Source: Pseudomonadota bacterium
GTDB taxonomy: Bacteria; Pseudomonadota; Gammaproteobacteria; Ga0077536
Assembly: GCA_036130055.1 (NCBI GenBank)
Contig: JAYYOR010000013.1
Location: 623-64,622, forward strand
Reading direction: 5' to 3'
Length of the DNA: 64,000 bases
Shown here: in pieces, positions 41,557 through 49,224 of the stretch
Numbering within the stretch: position 1 is the stretch's first letter
Layout of the letters: the number at the start of each line of letters is the position of its first letter
Translations under genes and position numbers: made by a program
Notes under the pieces: model-generated
The model's input: the letters and a program-made list of their open reading frames with translations, nothing else
Told to the model about the DNA's origin: nothing
Database searches by the model: none

Positions 41557-42816
41557 TTAGTTCTCTATTTTTATGGCTTCGAAATAGGTTGAACTCGAAG
41601 GAAATTTAATTTTGTCGCCAATAAGAATCTCAACCTCTGAGTTTTTAAGAGTTTCATTTATAAAAACAAAATTACCGTGTGGATTAAGAACGGTTTTTTT
41701 ATCCTTTTTAGATATAGAAATTTTTGATCTTTTCTGAGCGAATTGCAAAGGGATCTCAGATATCCTAAATCCTTTATTATCTTTAAGAATGTGGGTGGGG
41801 GCTAAATCGTTAATTTGTTGCATTTCACTTTTTATCTCCTTATTTTTCTTTGGAAAATTTTCTTTTAAATTGACGATTAACCCTTCACGCGACTTAAAAA
41901 CCGTGGAACTGAAAAATTTTGCTATCCTGGGTTCAGGAAGTAAAGATACGTTACTGAAGCGAATGAAATCTTTTGTTAGGTGATAAGTCGTTGGACACAA
42001 GACAAGGTTGGTTCTAGAAGAACCAGCCCAAAATAGAACTTCCTCAAAAAATTTCTCGATAATTGATTGTACAAGAGAGGATTTTAATTCTGCACTATAA
42101 AGATTGCCATTTATTAGAGTGTTGATCTTACAAACATCTGTATCATTTGTAACTCTTATCCACCTTGGTATTTGAGTTCTTAAATAGTGTTCGCTTTCGC
42201 CATTAATCATCGGATCTGCTCTGCTCTGCCTTATGAATATTTTTCTGAATAATTGGGCGAGTTTATTATATAGCTGGATTAATCCGTGATTCTCTTTATA
42301 TTTTAGGGACTTTATTGAAAGAGCGTTGCTAGAGTCTAACTCAATATGAGTAATGTGATTCATTTGCAATCTTATTAAGTGAGTTTTATCATTAATATTT
42401 AAATCAGACAGGCTACATAAGTCGGTGTTAATTAAACCCTTCACTTTAATATTAAGTGATTCAAATATTCCACAAATTATTCCGAGTTGTTCTTCGGTAT
42501 ATTCACTTGGATACCCAATTAAAACAGGTTTATTATTTCCCAACTTTGACCACATTATCTGAAGCTGCTTGTAGACTAGATCAGAGTTTGCAGGTTGTGG
42601 AGTCGACGTAAATTCGGAATTCTTTTTTTCTATGTTGTGCCAATAATTACTATTGACAATAGTTGGCTTTTTGCTCAGATATGGCATTGCATCAATACCG
42701 GTTATGATTTTATTTTTAGCGATACATGAAATACCAGGAGATGACCCAACGATTTTCTTATAATCTTTTATTTGTAAATTAATGTCATTTAAATGAAAAA
42801 CATAAAAGACTTCCAT
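41557..42816 (-). CDS. Hypothetical cytoplasmic protein; possible degenerate actin/Hsp70 fold with FHA-like C-terminus
   Basis: 419-aa ORF tightly packed in the operon. [15 protein letters not shown]..KGLIN resembles Hsp70 [34 protein letters not shown] resembles the FHA end. Confidence 0.6.
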   Translation of the reverse strand: [419 protein letters not shown]

Positions 42817-42818
42817 CT

Positions 42819-43613
42819 TTAAGACTCAAGTTTTCTTATGAAATTATTTTCGCAATAAGCATGAGTATCGAGCACCAGCCTTTCTTGCATTAGTTGAAGT
42901 TGATGCATTAAGAACATCACTAAAAGGCTGATGATAAGCGCTACGAAGGTTGAATTAAAGGCAACGCCAAGGCTCATGGTGACTCCTAATATATCACCTT
43001 GGACTGCCTCATGTGCTTGACCGAGCGCAAGGCTGATTCCACGTACAGTCCCAATAAAACCTATTGAGGGTATAGCCCAAGTGATATAGCGAATCATCGA
43101 AAGTTCTGAATTTAATCGCTCTGCCTCGTTTTCACAACATTCATTAATCGCTTGAGATGCCTCTTGTATATTGCCAGTGGAAGAGTATCTTTGTAAGCTG
43201 CTTAATAGTGCTCTAGGAAGTAAATAATCTCGGGTTTCTTCAGGCGCAGATTGTATTATCCGTATATATTTGTTTGTGTCTTCTTTAATGATATTTGTCT
43301 CTTCCGGACTATCAATCAACTTGAACCTAAGTATGGATCTTTGGTTGTTCGTTTGTTTTGCTTTGAAACCAATTATGGCAATGGACCAAAACATCAGGAC
43401 AAAGCAGGTTTCTTGCTCAAAATCTTTTACCGTAATATAAAAGGAAGTTTCTTGAGGGATATATATTCCTTGTTCTTGATTTTTACGTTGGTTCATTAAA
43501 ATCTCTTCCGCTTCCGGCCTAACAATAGCCATATAAAATAAATGAACAACGATTATCGAAATTAACAAAGAGATTATTTGATAGTAAAATTCAGAGGTTG
43601 TTTTATCATTCAT
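42819..43613 (-). CDS. MotA/TolQ/ExbB proton channel family protein
   Basis: Four hydrophobic segments; RYITWAIPSIGFIGTVRGI and LGVAFNSTFVAL match TolQ/ExbB TM2 and TM3. Confidence 0.92.
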   Translation of the reverse strand: MNDKTTSEFYYQIISLLISIIVVHLFYMAIVRPEAEEILMNQRKNQEQGIYIPQETSFYITVKDFEQETCFVLMFWSIAIIGFKAKQTNNQRSILRFKLIDSPEETNIIKEDTNKYIRIIQSAPEETRDYLLPRALLSSLQRYSSTGNIQEASQAINECCENEAERLNSELSMIRYITWAIPSIGFIGTVRGISLALGQAHEAVQGDILGVTMSLGVAFNSTFVALIISLLVMFLMHQLQLMQERLVLDTHAYCENNFIRKLES

Positions 43614-43621
43614 GTTTTAGC

Positions 43622-43828
43622 CTATATATCTTTTGGCAGTGATACCGGCACGTCTTCTGATAATTCATCCAAAGATTTAAACGTGTTATCCGGAATTGGT
43701 TTTAATTTCTCCTCTGGCTTAGACACTGAGGATTTTATTTTATCTTCTGATTGTATTTCTAAAGCAGACGTAGGCATAAAAATCGTGTTTACAGTTAATG
43801 CTGAATATAATAAAAATTTACTGCGCAT
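43622..43828 (-). CDS. Small secreted hypothetical protein (68 aa)
   Basis: Signal-like N-terminus and acidic C-terminal FKSLDELSEDVPVSLPKDI; overlaps the upstream gene by 11 bp and ends 8 bp before the motA-like gene. Confidence 0.65.
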   Translation of the reverse strand: MRSKFLLYSALTVNTIFMPTSALEIQSEDKIKSSVSKPEEKLKPIPDNTFKSLDELSEDVPVSLPKDI

Positions 43829-45863
43829 ATCGAGCCACCCTAAAACCTAGATCATTTTTGCCTAAAATACCACTATTTCTATATGGAACTCCTAAAGAAG
43901 CCTTAGAACTGTTCATCCAACTTCCCCCTTTTATAACATGATTCTTTCCAGAAATCGGACCTAGATCGGACGAATAACTGTTTTCATCAAATTTTTCCGA
44001 ATAAAAATCATGGACCCACTCTGATACATTACCATATAAGTCGAATAGTTGGTTGGCATTGGGATTAAAGCTTTTTATTGGAGCTGACACCTCAAAACCA
44101 TCCGCGTATGCTGAATTTTTTCCAATTGCTTCACTATTTATTTCCTTATCTGAGAAATTAGCAAAGGCATTCGGAGGAGGGTAATTTTTTCCCCAGGCAA
44201 ATCGGGTTTGTTCTGTCTTGGCAACGGCTTCCCATTCTGCCTCGGTCGGAAGACGGTATCCGGTGGAGCTAGGTTTTACTCCTACAACATTTCCATATTT
44301 TATAATATAAAAGGGCTCAATTCCGTCTTGTCTGCTCAGCCAGTTACAGAATTTAACAGCATCTGACCAGCGCACATTTACGACTGGTTGATCATTGTCA
44401 TCTAAGGTATATTTATTGAAACTTCCTGATGAATGCATTGCTAAAAAATTTCTATATTCTAGGTTAGTAATTTCGCTTTCTGAAATATAAAAAGGCCGTT
44501 TTATAGATATTTTTCTTATTAATTCATTTTGTTGCCTATTTAAATCGTTTCTATTTGATCCCAATATTACTTCTTGCGGGTTAAATAAACGCATTTTATC
44601 TGTCATTAATTTCTTACTTTTCTTATTAATCATCTCTCCTTTTTCTTCAAGAGCTTCCTCTACTGTTTTTAACCTGATTTGAATTATTTTTTCAAAACCA
44701 GGCCTTGGAGTAATTTTTGTTTCGTATGTCGCATATCCAGCAGCTTGAATCGTAATTAAATGTGGCCTTGTTGGTAATTGAACTGATTGTGTGGCAGCTC
44801 CTACGTATTTTCGGTCAATAAAAAGTTGTGCATTTTTTGGTCTTGTTTCGAAGGTTAGTCGTGCCTTTTCTTCTTTAAGTTTAAATTCAAGCTTTTTCGT
44901 CTCGCCAGAGGGTACGCTAATCTTTTGTGTTACTGTTTTAAAACCCTCTTCTTTTAGCTGTAATGTATGCTGCTTATCTGGTGTTAGCGGAATGTCGATA
45001 GGAGAATTACCGATATATTTACCATTTATTAATATTTTAGCATTTATTGGCTGAGTGACTATTTTTGCCAAACCATCTTTTTTTTTCATTACGACATTTT
45101 TTAAAGTAATCGGTACACCCGCTTTAACTTGAATTTTTTTCGACCAAGTTTTGTAATCAGTTTTGTTTAATTTTATAATTCTGTCTCCTTGCATAATTTC
45201 AAATTTGAAAGGTGTGTTACCAACTGGTTCTGCATCGACACTTATTAGTGCATTTGATGGATTGGAGTCAATTTTAATGTCAGCCCATCCTGGTTCAAGT
45301 TTGACAAATAGTTTTTGAGACTGTCCCTTCCCAAAAACATCGACATCTAAAATTTTAGAGAGATATCTTTTAGCAGAAAATTCAATAGTGCGCCGTCCGG
45401 CTGGGACGTTTAGTATAAAATTCGTCGCCTTGCCATATTTTTCTCCGTCAATTGACACCTCTACTTCATTTACAGGTTCTAGAATTAACTCAATCTTTCC
45501 AGGAAGTTTTGTTAGGTTAAGGGTTTGTACTTGGTATTTATCTTCTGAAACTGTAACGTTATTTTCTAAATTATAGTATCCCTCCTCAGAGATCTTTACT
45601 CGATGCGGGCCAGGCAACAGTAAAAAATACTTACCAAGTTTCATAGAAAGTAACGATTCTACATGTATGTTTGGAGCAATGGTATTTGTTTTTATTTGAA
45701 CAAATCGGACGGACAAGAAAAACACTAGAATAGCGAGAAGGCTCACGCTTAAAAAAAGTAAGCGGTTTATTCTAAAATTTGAATTAGGGTTTGCAATATT
45801 GATATTTTGCTTCGTTGGTTTGAATTTAATCGGTTTGATAAATTCTAGTTCAATTTTTGACAT
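43818..45863 (-). CDS. Membrane-anchored PEGA-repeat protein with C-terminal FGE-sulfatase (SUMF1/GldK-like) domain
   Basis: N-terminal TM; about five PEGA-type repeats (SNPSNALISVD..VGNTP, G.H.V.I..EGY); ESEITN, QPVVNVRWSDA..FCNWLS, YRLPTEAEWE, LFDLYGNVSEWV, KGGSW, LGFRVAR. Confidence 0.92.
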   Translation of the reverse strand: MSKIELEFIKPIKFKPTKQNINIANPNSNFRINRLLFLSVSLLAILVFFLSVRFVQIKTNTIAPNIHVESLLSMKLGKYFLLLPGPHRVKISEEGYYNLENNVTVSEDKYQVQTLNLTKLPGKIELILEPVNEVEVSIDGEKYGKATNFILNVPAGRRTIEFSAKRYLSKILDVDVFGKGQSQKLFVKLEPGWADIKIDSNPSNALISVDAEPVGNTPFKFEIMQGDRIIKLNKTDYKTWSKKIQVKAGVPITLKNVVMKKKDGLAKIVTQPINAKILINGKYIGNSPIDIPLTPDKQHTLQLKEEGFKTVTQKISVPSGETKKLEFKLKEEKARLTFETRPKNAQLFIDRKYVGAATQSVQLPTRPHLITIQAAGYATYETKITPRPGFEKIIQIRLKTVEEALEEKGEMINKKSKKLMTDKMRLFNPQEVILGSNRNDLNRQQNELIRKISIKRPFYISESEITNLEYRNFLAMHSSGSFNKYTLDDNDQPVVNVRWSDAVKFCNWLSRQDGIEPFYIIKYGNVVGVKPSSTGYRLPTEAEWEAVAKTEQTRFAWGKNYPPPNAFANFSDKEINSEAIGKNSAYADGFEVSAPIKSFNPNANQLFDLYGNVSEWVHDFYSEKFDENSYSSDLGPISGKNHVIKGGSWMNSSKASLGVPYRNSGILGKNDLGFRVARYAQ

Positions 45864-45865
45864 TT

Positions 45866-47329
45866 TTAATTCGCGATTCCTTCTTTTTCTTCACAAATAA
45901 TATACACTCGATTATCTTTTGTTTCAGTTGCCACTATTAAACTTGCCACCACATCTTGGTAGCCTTTTCTCTTACCAGAAATACTATATTCCCCAGGGTC
46001 TAACCTGAATGCCCTGCTTTTGAAGGGCCCCAATACTATATTATTATCGAATTTAATGATTGTCTTGTTGTCTGAAATAAATATGAAGGGTATTTTTTTT
46101 TCCATATTATCTATAACTTCGTTCAAATTATTAAGCTTGACGGATATAGTTGGTTCATCTTTAAAGGTTTCAATTTTTTTCTTAAGCAGCTTAGCCATTT
46201 CTAAAGTTTTCTGTCTAATGGGATATTCTTCTTTCCTTAAAAACTCAGCTATTTGTTGATCAAGTTCTTTTCGATACTTTGAGTGTTTTAATCCCTCAAG
46301 TGCCTCTACAACATTTCTATCCAAAGATCTAACTTTTTCATAATTAATTATTGCATTTTGCCAATCATGGCTTTTCATCGCTTTTTTTGCGTTATTCATA
46401 TATTGATAAATTTTAAAGTTCGTTTCAGCTCGTATTGATTCAGATATGGCATTTTGAATTTCTCGTTTATTTGGGAAAATATTTCTTGCAATTTCAAACT
46501 GTTTTTTTGCTTGCCCAAATTGCTTGTTTTCGAGAAATGTCTGTCCCTGTTTAAATAACTTTGTATACTCCATGTTTTTTTCTTTATATTGTATTCTATT
46601 AATTGCATGTTGTGCCTCGGTCGCATTATTGTCTAAATTAATTATTTTTTGGTATGTTCTTAGGGCCGCTTTGTCCTGACCTAGTTCTTCAAACTCTTTT
46701 GCTTGTATTATTAGAGACTGGACTTTGTCAAAACTGTTAGTGCGGGCCATCCCCAGATTTGCCCTTTCATTCTTTGGATCAATCTGTAAAACGAATTTAA
46801 ATAGTGCGCTTGCTAAAATAGGATTGCCTTGGTTCAGAGCAAAAAACCCTTCTTGCAGTTTTCGCTCTAGGGTGCTCGGTATTTCTGAAACTATTTCTTT
46901 TGATTCTTTGGTAATCTTGCTTAATAATTTATTGGCCTCAGCGTAACGTTGGAGCCGATGCATAGATTGCGCTGTTTTAAGGAGGTTATTAAATTCTAAA
47001 TTTTTTTCCGGATCCCACTTTTCTAAATTCAGTTTTTTTATTTGACTAATTGCTTTTTTTGCTTCTTTTAGAAATTTTTGGGATTCCTCTCTTCGAGCCT
47101 TTACGACTTTTTCCTTTGTGCTATCCTTAGATTTATAAAGGGGATCCAAATTTGAAAGCGCACCTTCTTTTTCTTTTGTTATTTTGTCTTCAAAAAAATA
47201 AAAAATAAAAATAGAAAAAACTGTAATTAGAAGGGCCAGTACTGCTAGTGTTGGTGGTCGTCTGTTGTCTTTTTCCGAATTTAAAGTTTTAAAATGTTGA
47301 TGTAGTTTAGATTCTATTTTATTAGTCAC
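45866..47329 (-). CDS. Membrane-anchored TPR protein with C-terminal PEGA-like module
   Basis: TM near residues 27-46; TPR-like helices (FKFVLQIDPKNERANLG, YQKIINLDNNATEA, YEKVRSLDRN..A.EG); LDPGEYSISGKRKGYQDV; GTG start. Confidence 0.8.
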   Translation of the reverse strand: MTNKIESKLHQHFKTLNSEKDNRRPPTLAVLALLITVFSIFIFYFFEDKITKEKEGALSNLDPLYKSKDSTKEKVVKARREESQKFLKEAKKAISQIKKLNLEKWDPEKNLEFNNLLKTAQSMHRLQRYAEANKLLSKITKESKEIVSEIPSTLERKLQEGFFALNQGNPILASALFKFVLQIDPKNERANLGMARTNSFDKVQSLIIQAKEFEELGQDKAALRTYQKIINLDNNATEAQHAINRIQYKEKNMEYTKLFKQGQTFLENKQFGQAKKQFEIARNIFPNKREIQNAISESIRAETNFKIYQYMNNAKKAMKSHDWQNAIINYEKVRSLDRNVVEALEGLKHSKYRKELDQQIAEFLRKEEYPIRQKTLEMAKLLKKKIETFKDEPTISVKLNNLNEVIDNMEKKIPFIFISDNKTIIKFDNNIVLGPFKSRAFRLDPGEYSISGKRKGYQDVVASLIVATETKDNRVYIICEEKEGIAN

Positions 47330-47337
47330 CGGTTATC

Positions 47338-47365
47338 TTGTTTATTGTTTATTGTTTATTGTTTA
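47338..47365. repeat. Simple sequence repeat (TTGTTTA)x4
   Basis: Four perfect heptamer copies read directly from the sequence, in the 69-bp intergenic gap. Confidence 0.95.
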
Positions 47366-47398
47366 TTTTAGTGTCGACATTTAATAAACGAAAATAAT

Positions 47399-48076
47399 TT
47401 ATAAATTTTTCTTGTATCGTTCGTATTCATCCCAAAGTTTTTTTCTAAGCACGGGATCTTTTTCAGTTGTTGCTGCGTTTTTAAGTTGCCTAGCAATTAT
47501 ATCATCTTCTTTTTTTAGTAGAGAGGGGTTTTTTTTGGGCTCAAAGCCTTTTGCGTAGGTGCTTTTTTCGCCATATTCTACTTGGCTATCTTGTGGAATT
47601 TGTTTGGAGTACGTCACGTTGCTATTTAGTGACAGTCCGGAACCCGATGGTTCACGACTTTTGCCATTATCTTTTTGATTGTATGCTTCTGAGGAAGCCT
47701 CAATGTTTGATATTGAGTTAGCCTTTGGAGACTTAACTAGGCGGGAATTAATTAGACTTTTAGGTTGGCCAGGTTGATTCTTCAAGGTTTCCTCCGTATT
47801 TTTGGCCGAACCCATATTTTTCGTTGAATTTCCGTTGGTGTTTTTAGTAACATTCTTCTGATTAAATGTACTCTCTGCTATTGCCTCTTTGAATTTTGGG
47901 TTATTGCCCAATTTATCGATTTTTTTTTCGGTGATTTTTACTTCGCCTAAATCTCTTTGGATTGCTTCGTCGATCTTGGGGGTCGGTTTGACGGAAACCT
48001 TTTTCTTTACTGCCAAGTCTTCCGTAAGGCAGGATTGGATTCCTAGAATAAAAAGTAAAGCGTAAAAATACTGCAT
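47399..48076 (-). CDS. Lipoprotein with low-complexity linker and helical C-terminal motif
   Basis: MQYFYALLFILGIQS-C signal; K/N/S-rich middle; C-terminal DDIIARQLKNAATTEKDPVLRKKLWDEYERYK. Confidence 0.75.
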   Translation of the reverse strand: MQYFYALLFILGIQSCLTEDLAVKKKVSVKPTPKIDEAIQRDLGEVKITEKKIDKLGNNPKFKEAIAESTFNQKNVTKNTNGNSTKNMGSAKNTEETLKNQPGQPKSLINSRLVKSPKANSISNIEASSEAYNQKDNGKSREPSGSGLSLNSNVTYSKQIPQDSQVEYGEKSTYAKGFEPKKNPSLLKKEDDIIARQLKNAATTEKDPVLRKKLWDEYERYKKNL

Positions 48077-48119
48077 AATCTATGATTTGATATCAGTTTT
48101 AATAGTACCTTAATTTATA

Positions 48120-48830
48120 TTAATTTAGCTGATTGCACCAGTTACTCCAAATATTGTTTGTAAACTGATTTTGTGTGTTTAAAAACTTATTGCCTTGAAA
48201 AAGTATTTCTTCAGATGTTTGCCTAAATACGTTCGGCGTATAATCCAATCTCTCACAATCTTTGTGCAACTGCTTTCTGGATAAGCAACAAGTATAATTA
48301 ATAAGAAATAGAGACCTATGCTTTACAAAAACAGGGAATTTTTCGTCCAAAACATTTAAAAAGTAAGTATTTAAATTAATATCTGAAGAAAAACACTTGT
48401 TTCCCAGAAAAAGCAGTCTTTTTGGGTATTCATTGAAAGGCTTTTCGTGAAGGGGGTGATTGATTGTCATAGTTGGTTTCCAACCGAAGATTTTTTTTCC
48501 ATACTTCACATTGATTTTTAAAGCGCTGAATATTAGGTTAGTAACATTTCCTAAACTCATAATCGGTTTATTCAAGTTAAAAAAGTTTACAACTAAAGCT
48601 TTTGCTTGTTCGAAGTTTATCGGATTTTTTGGTTCGTCTGCTACCACTAAGGCTTTTGAATTCTTGAGATACTGAAGATTGGCGTTTGCAGTTTTTTCTG
48701 TAAGCAAAACGCGGCTGACCGTGATATTTTTTGATGTAACAAGATTTAAGAAGGGTTCAACATATGTGTCTTCATGGTGCTGAATTAGAAGAATAGTTGT
48801 TGATTTGAAATTGTTAAAGTGACTTTTCAA
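48120..48830 (-). CDS. Degenerate class I glutamine amidotransferase-like protein
   Basis: LLIQH.E, KALVV, E..LV..F...KPIMSL, K.FGW resemble the type-1 GATase fold; the nucleophile Cys is absent. Confidence 0.55.
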   Translation of the reverse strand: MKSHFNNFKSTTILLIQHHEDTYVEPFLNLVTSKNITVSRVLLTEKTANANLQYLKNSKALVVADEPKNPINFEQAKALVVNFFNLNKPIMSLGNVTNLIFSALKINVKYGKKIFGWKPTMTINHPLHEKPFNEYPKRLLFLGNKCFSSDINLNTYFLNVLDEKFPVFVKHRSLFLINYTCCLSRKQLHKDCERLDYTPNVFRQTSEEILFQGNKFLNTQNQFTNNIWSNWCNQLN

Positions 48831-49224
48831 TTAGAAACTTTCCCTCACTCTCGGCAATGATTTTTTTGCTGTCTTTTTCGGTCATTTCGCTTTTCAATAG
48901 GAGTAATGAGCCCTTTTTTTGAACAAGATGACACGAGATCAGCGCTGTTTCTCCAACTAAAAGGGGGCGCTTATACCTTACCTCTGCTCTAGCGGTATAG
49001 CCTATTGAACCTTGTAGGTAAAACCAATTAGCCATTGCGTCGTCTAATACTGCGAATAAAAGTCCACCGTGGATTATATTGTAGAATCCCACATGATATT
49101 CGGTTGGAGTAAAGCTTCCAACACATTTCTCTTCACTTAATTTGAATTTTATATTCAGCCCAATGGGGTTTTTAGTGCCACAAACAAAGCAATTTTCAGC
49201 TGCGTTTTCCTGATTATTTGTCAT
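48814..49224 (-). CDS. PaaI-family (hotdog fold) thioesterase
   Basis: CFVCG..NPIGL, H.GF..IIHGG....LDDAM, TA...VRY.RP. ATG at 49224. Confidence 0.9.
   Translation of the reverse strand: MTNNQENAAENCFVCGTKNPIGLNIKFKLSEEKCVGSFTPTEYHVGFYNIIHGGLLFAVLDDAMANWFYLQGSIGYTARAEVRYKRPLLVGETALISCHLVQKKGSLLLLKSEMTEKDSKKIIAESEGKFLIEKSL

Noticed and set aside
39496-47329. Bat/MoxR (BatA-E) vWA-TPR operon, or a canonical Ton/Tol-Pal locus
   Set aside because: No MoxR AAA+, DUF58, TonB/TolA, TolB, Pal or TonB-dependent receptor is recognisable. The DUF815 ATPase is about 11 kb away in a different context.
47330-47380. Frameshifted 5' extension of the TPR gene through the SSR
   Set aside because: The in-frame ATG at 47380 hits TAA at codon 6, and three or more TAAACAA units place stops in every frame, so the tract cannot be coding as it stands.
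38291-48076. Zorya anti-phage system
   Set aside because: There is no OmpA-like ZorB domain, no long ZorA tail and no ZorC/D/E helicase or nuclease; only the MotA-like fold is shared.
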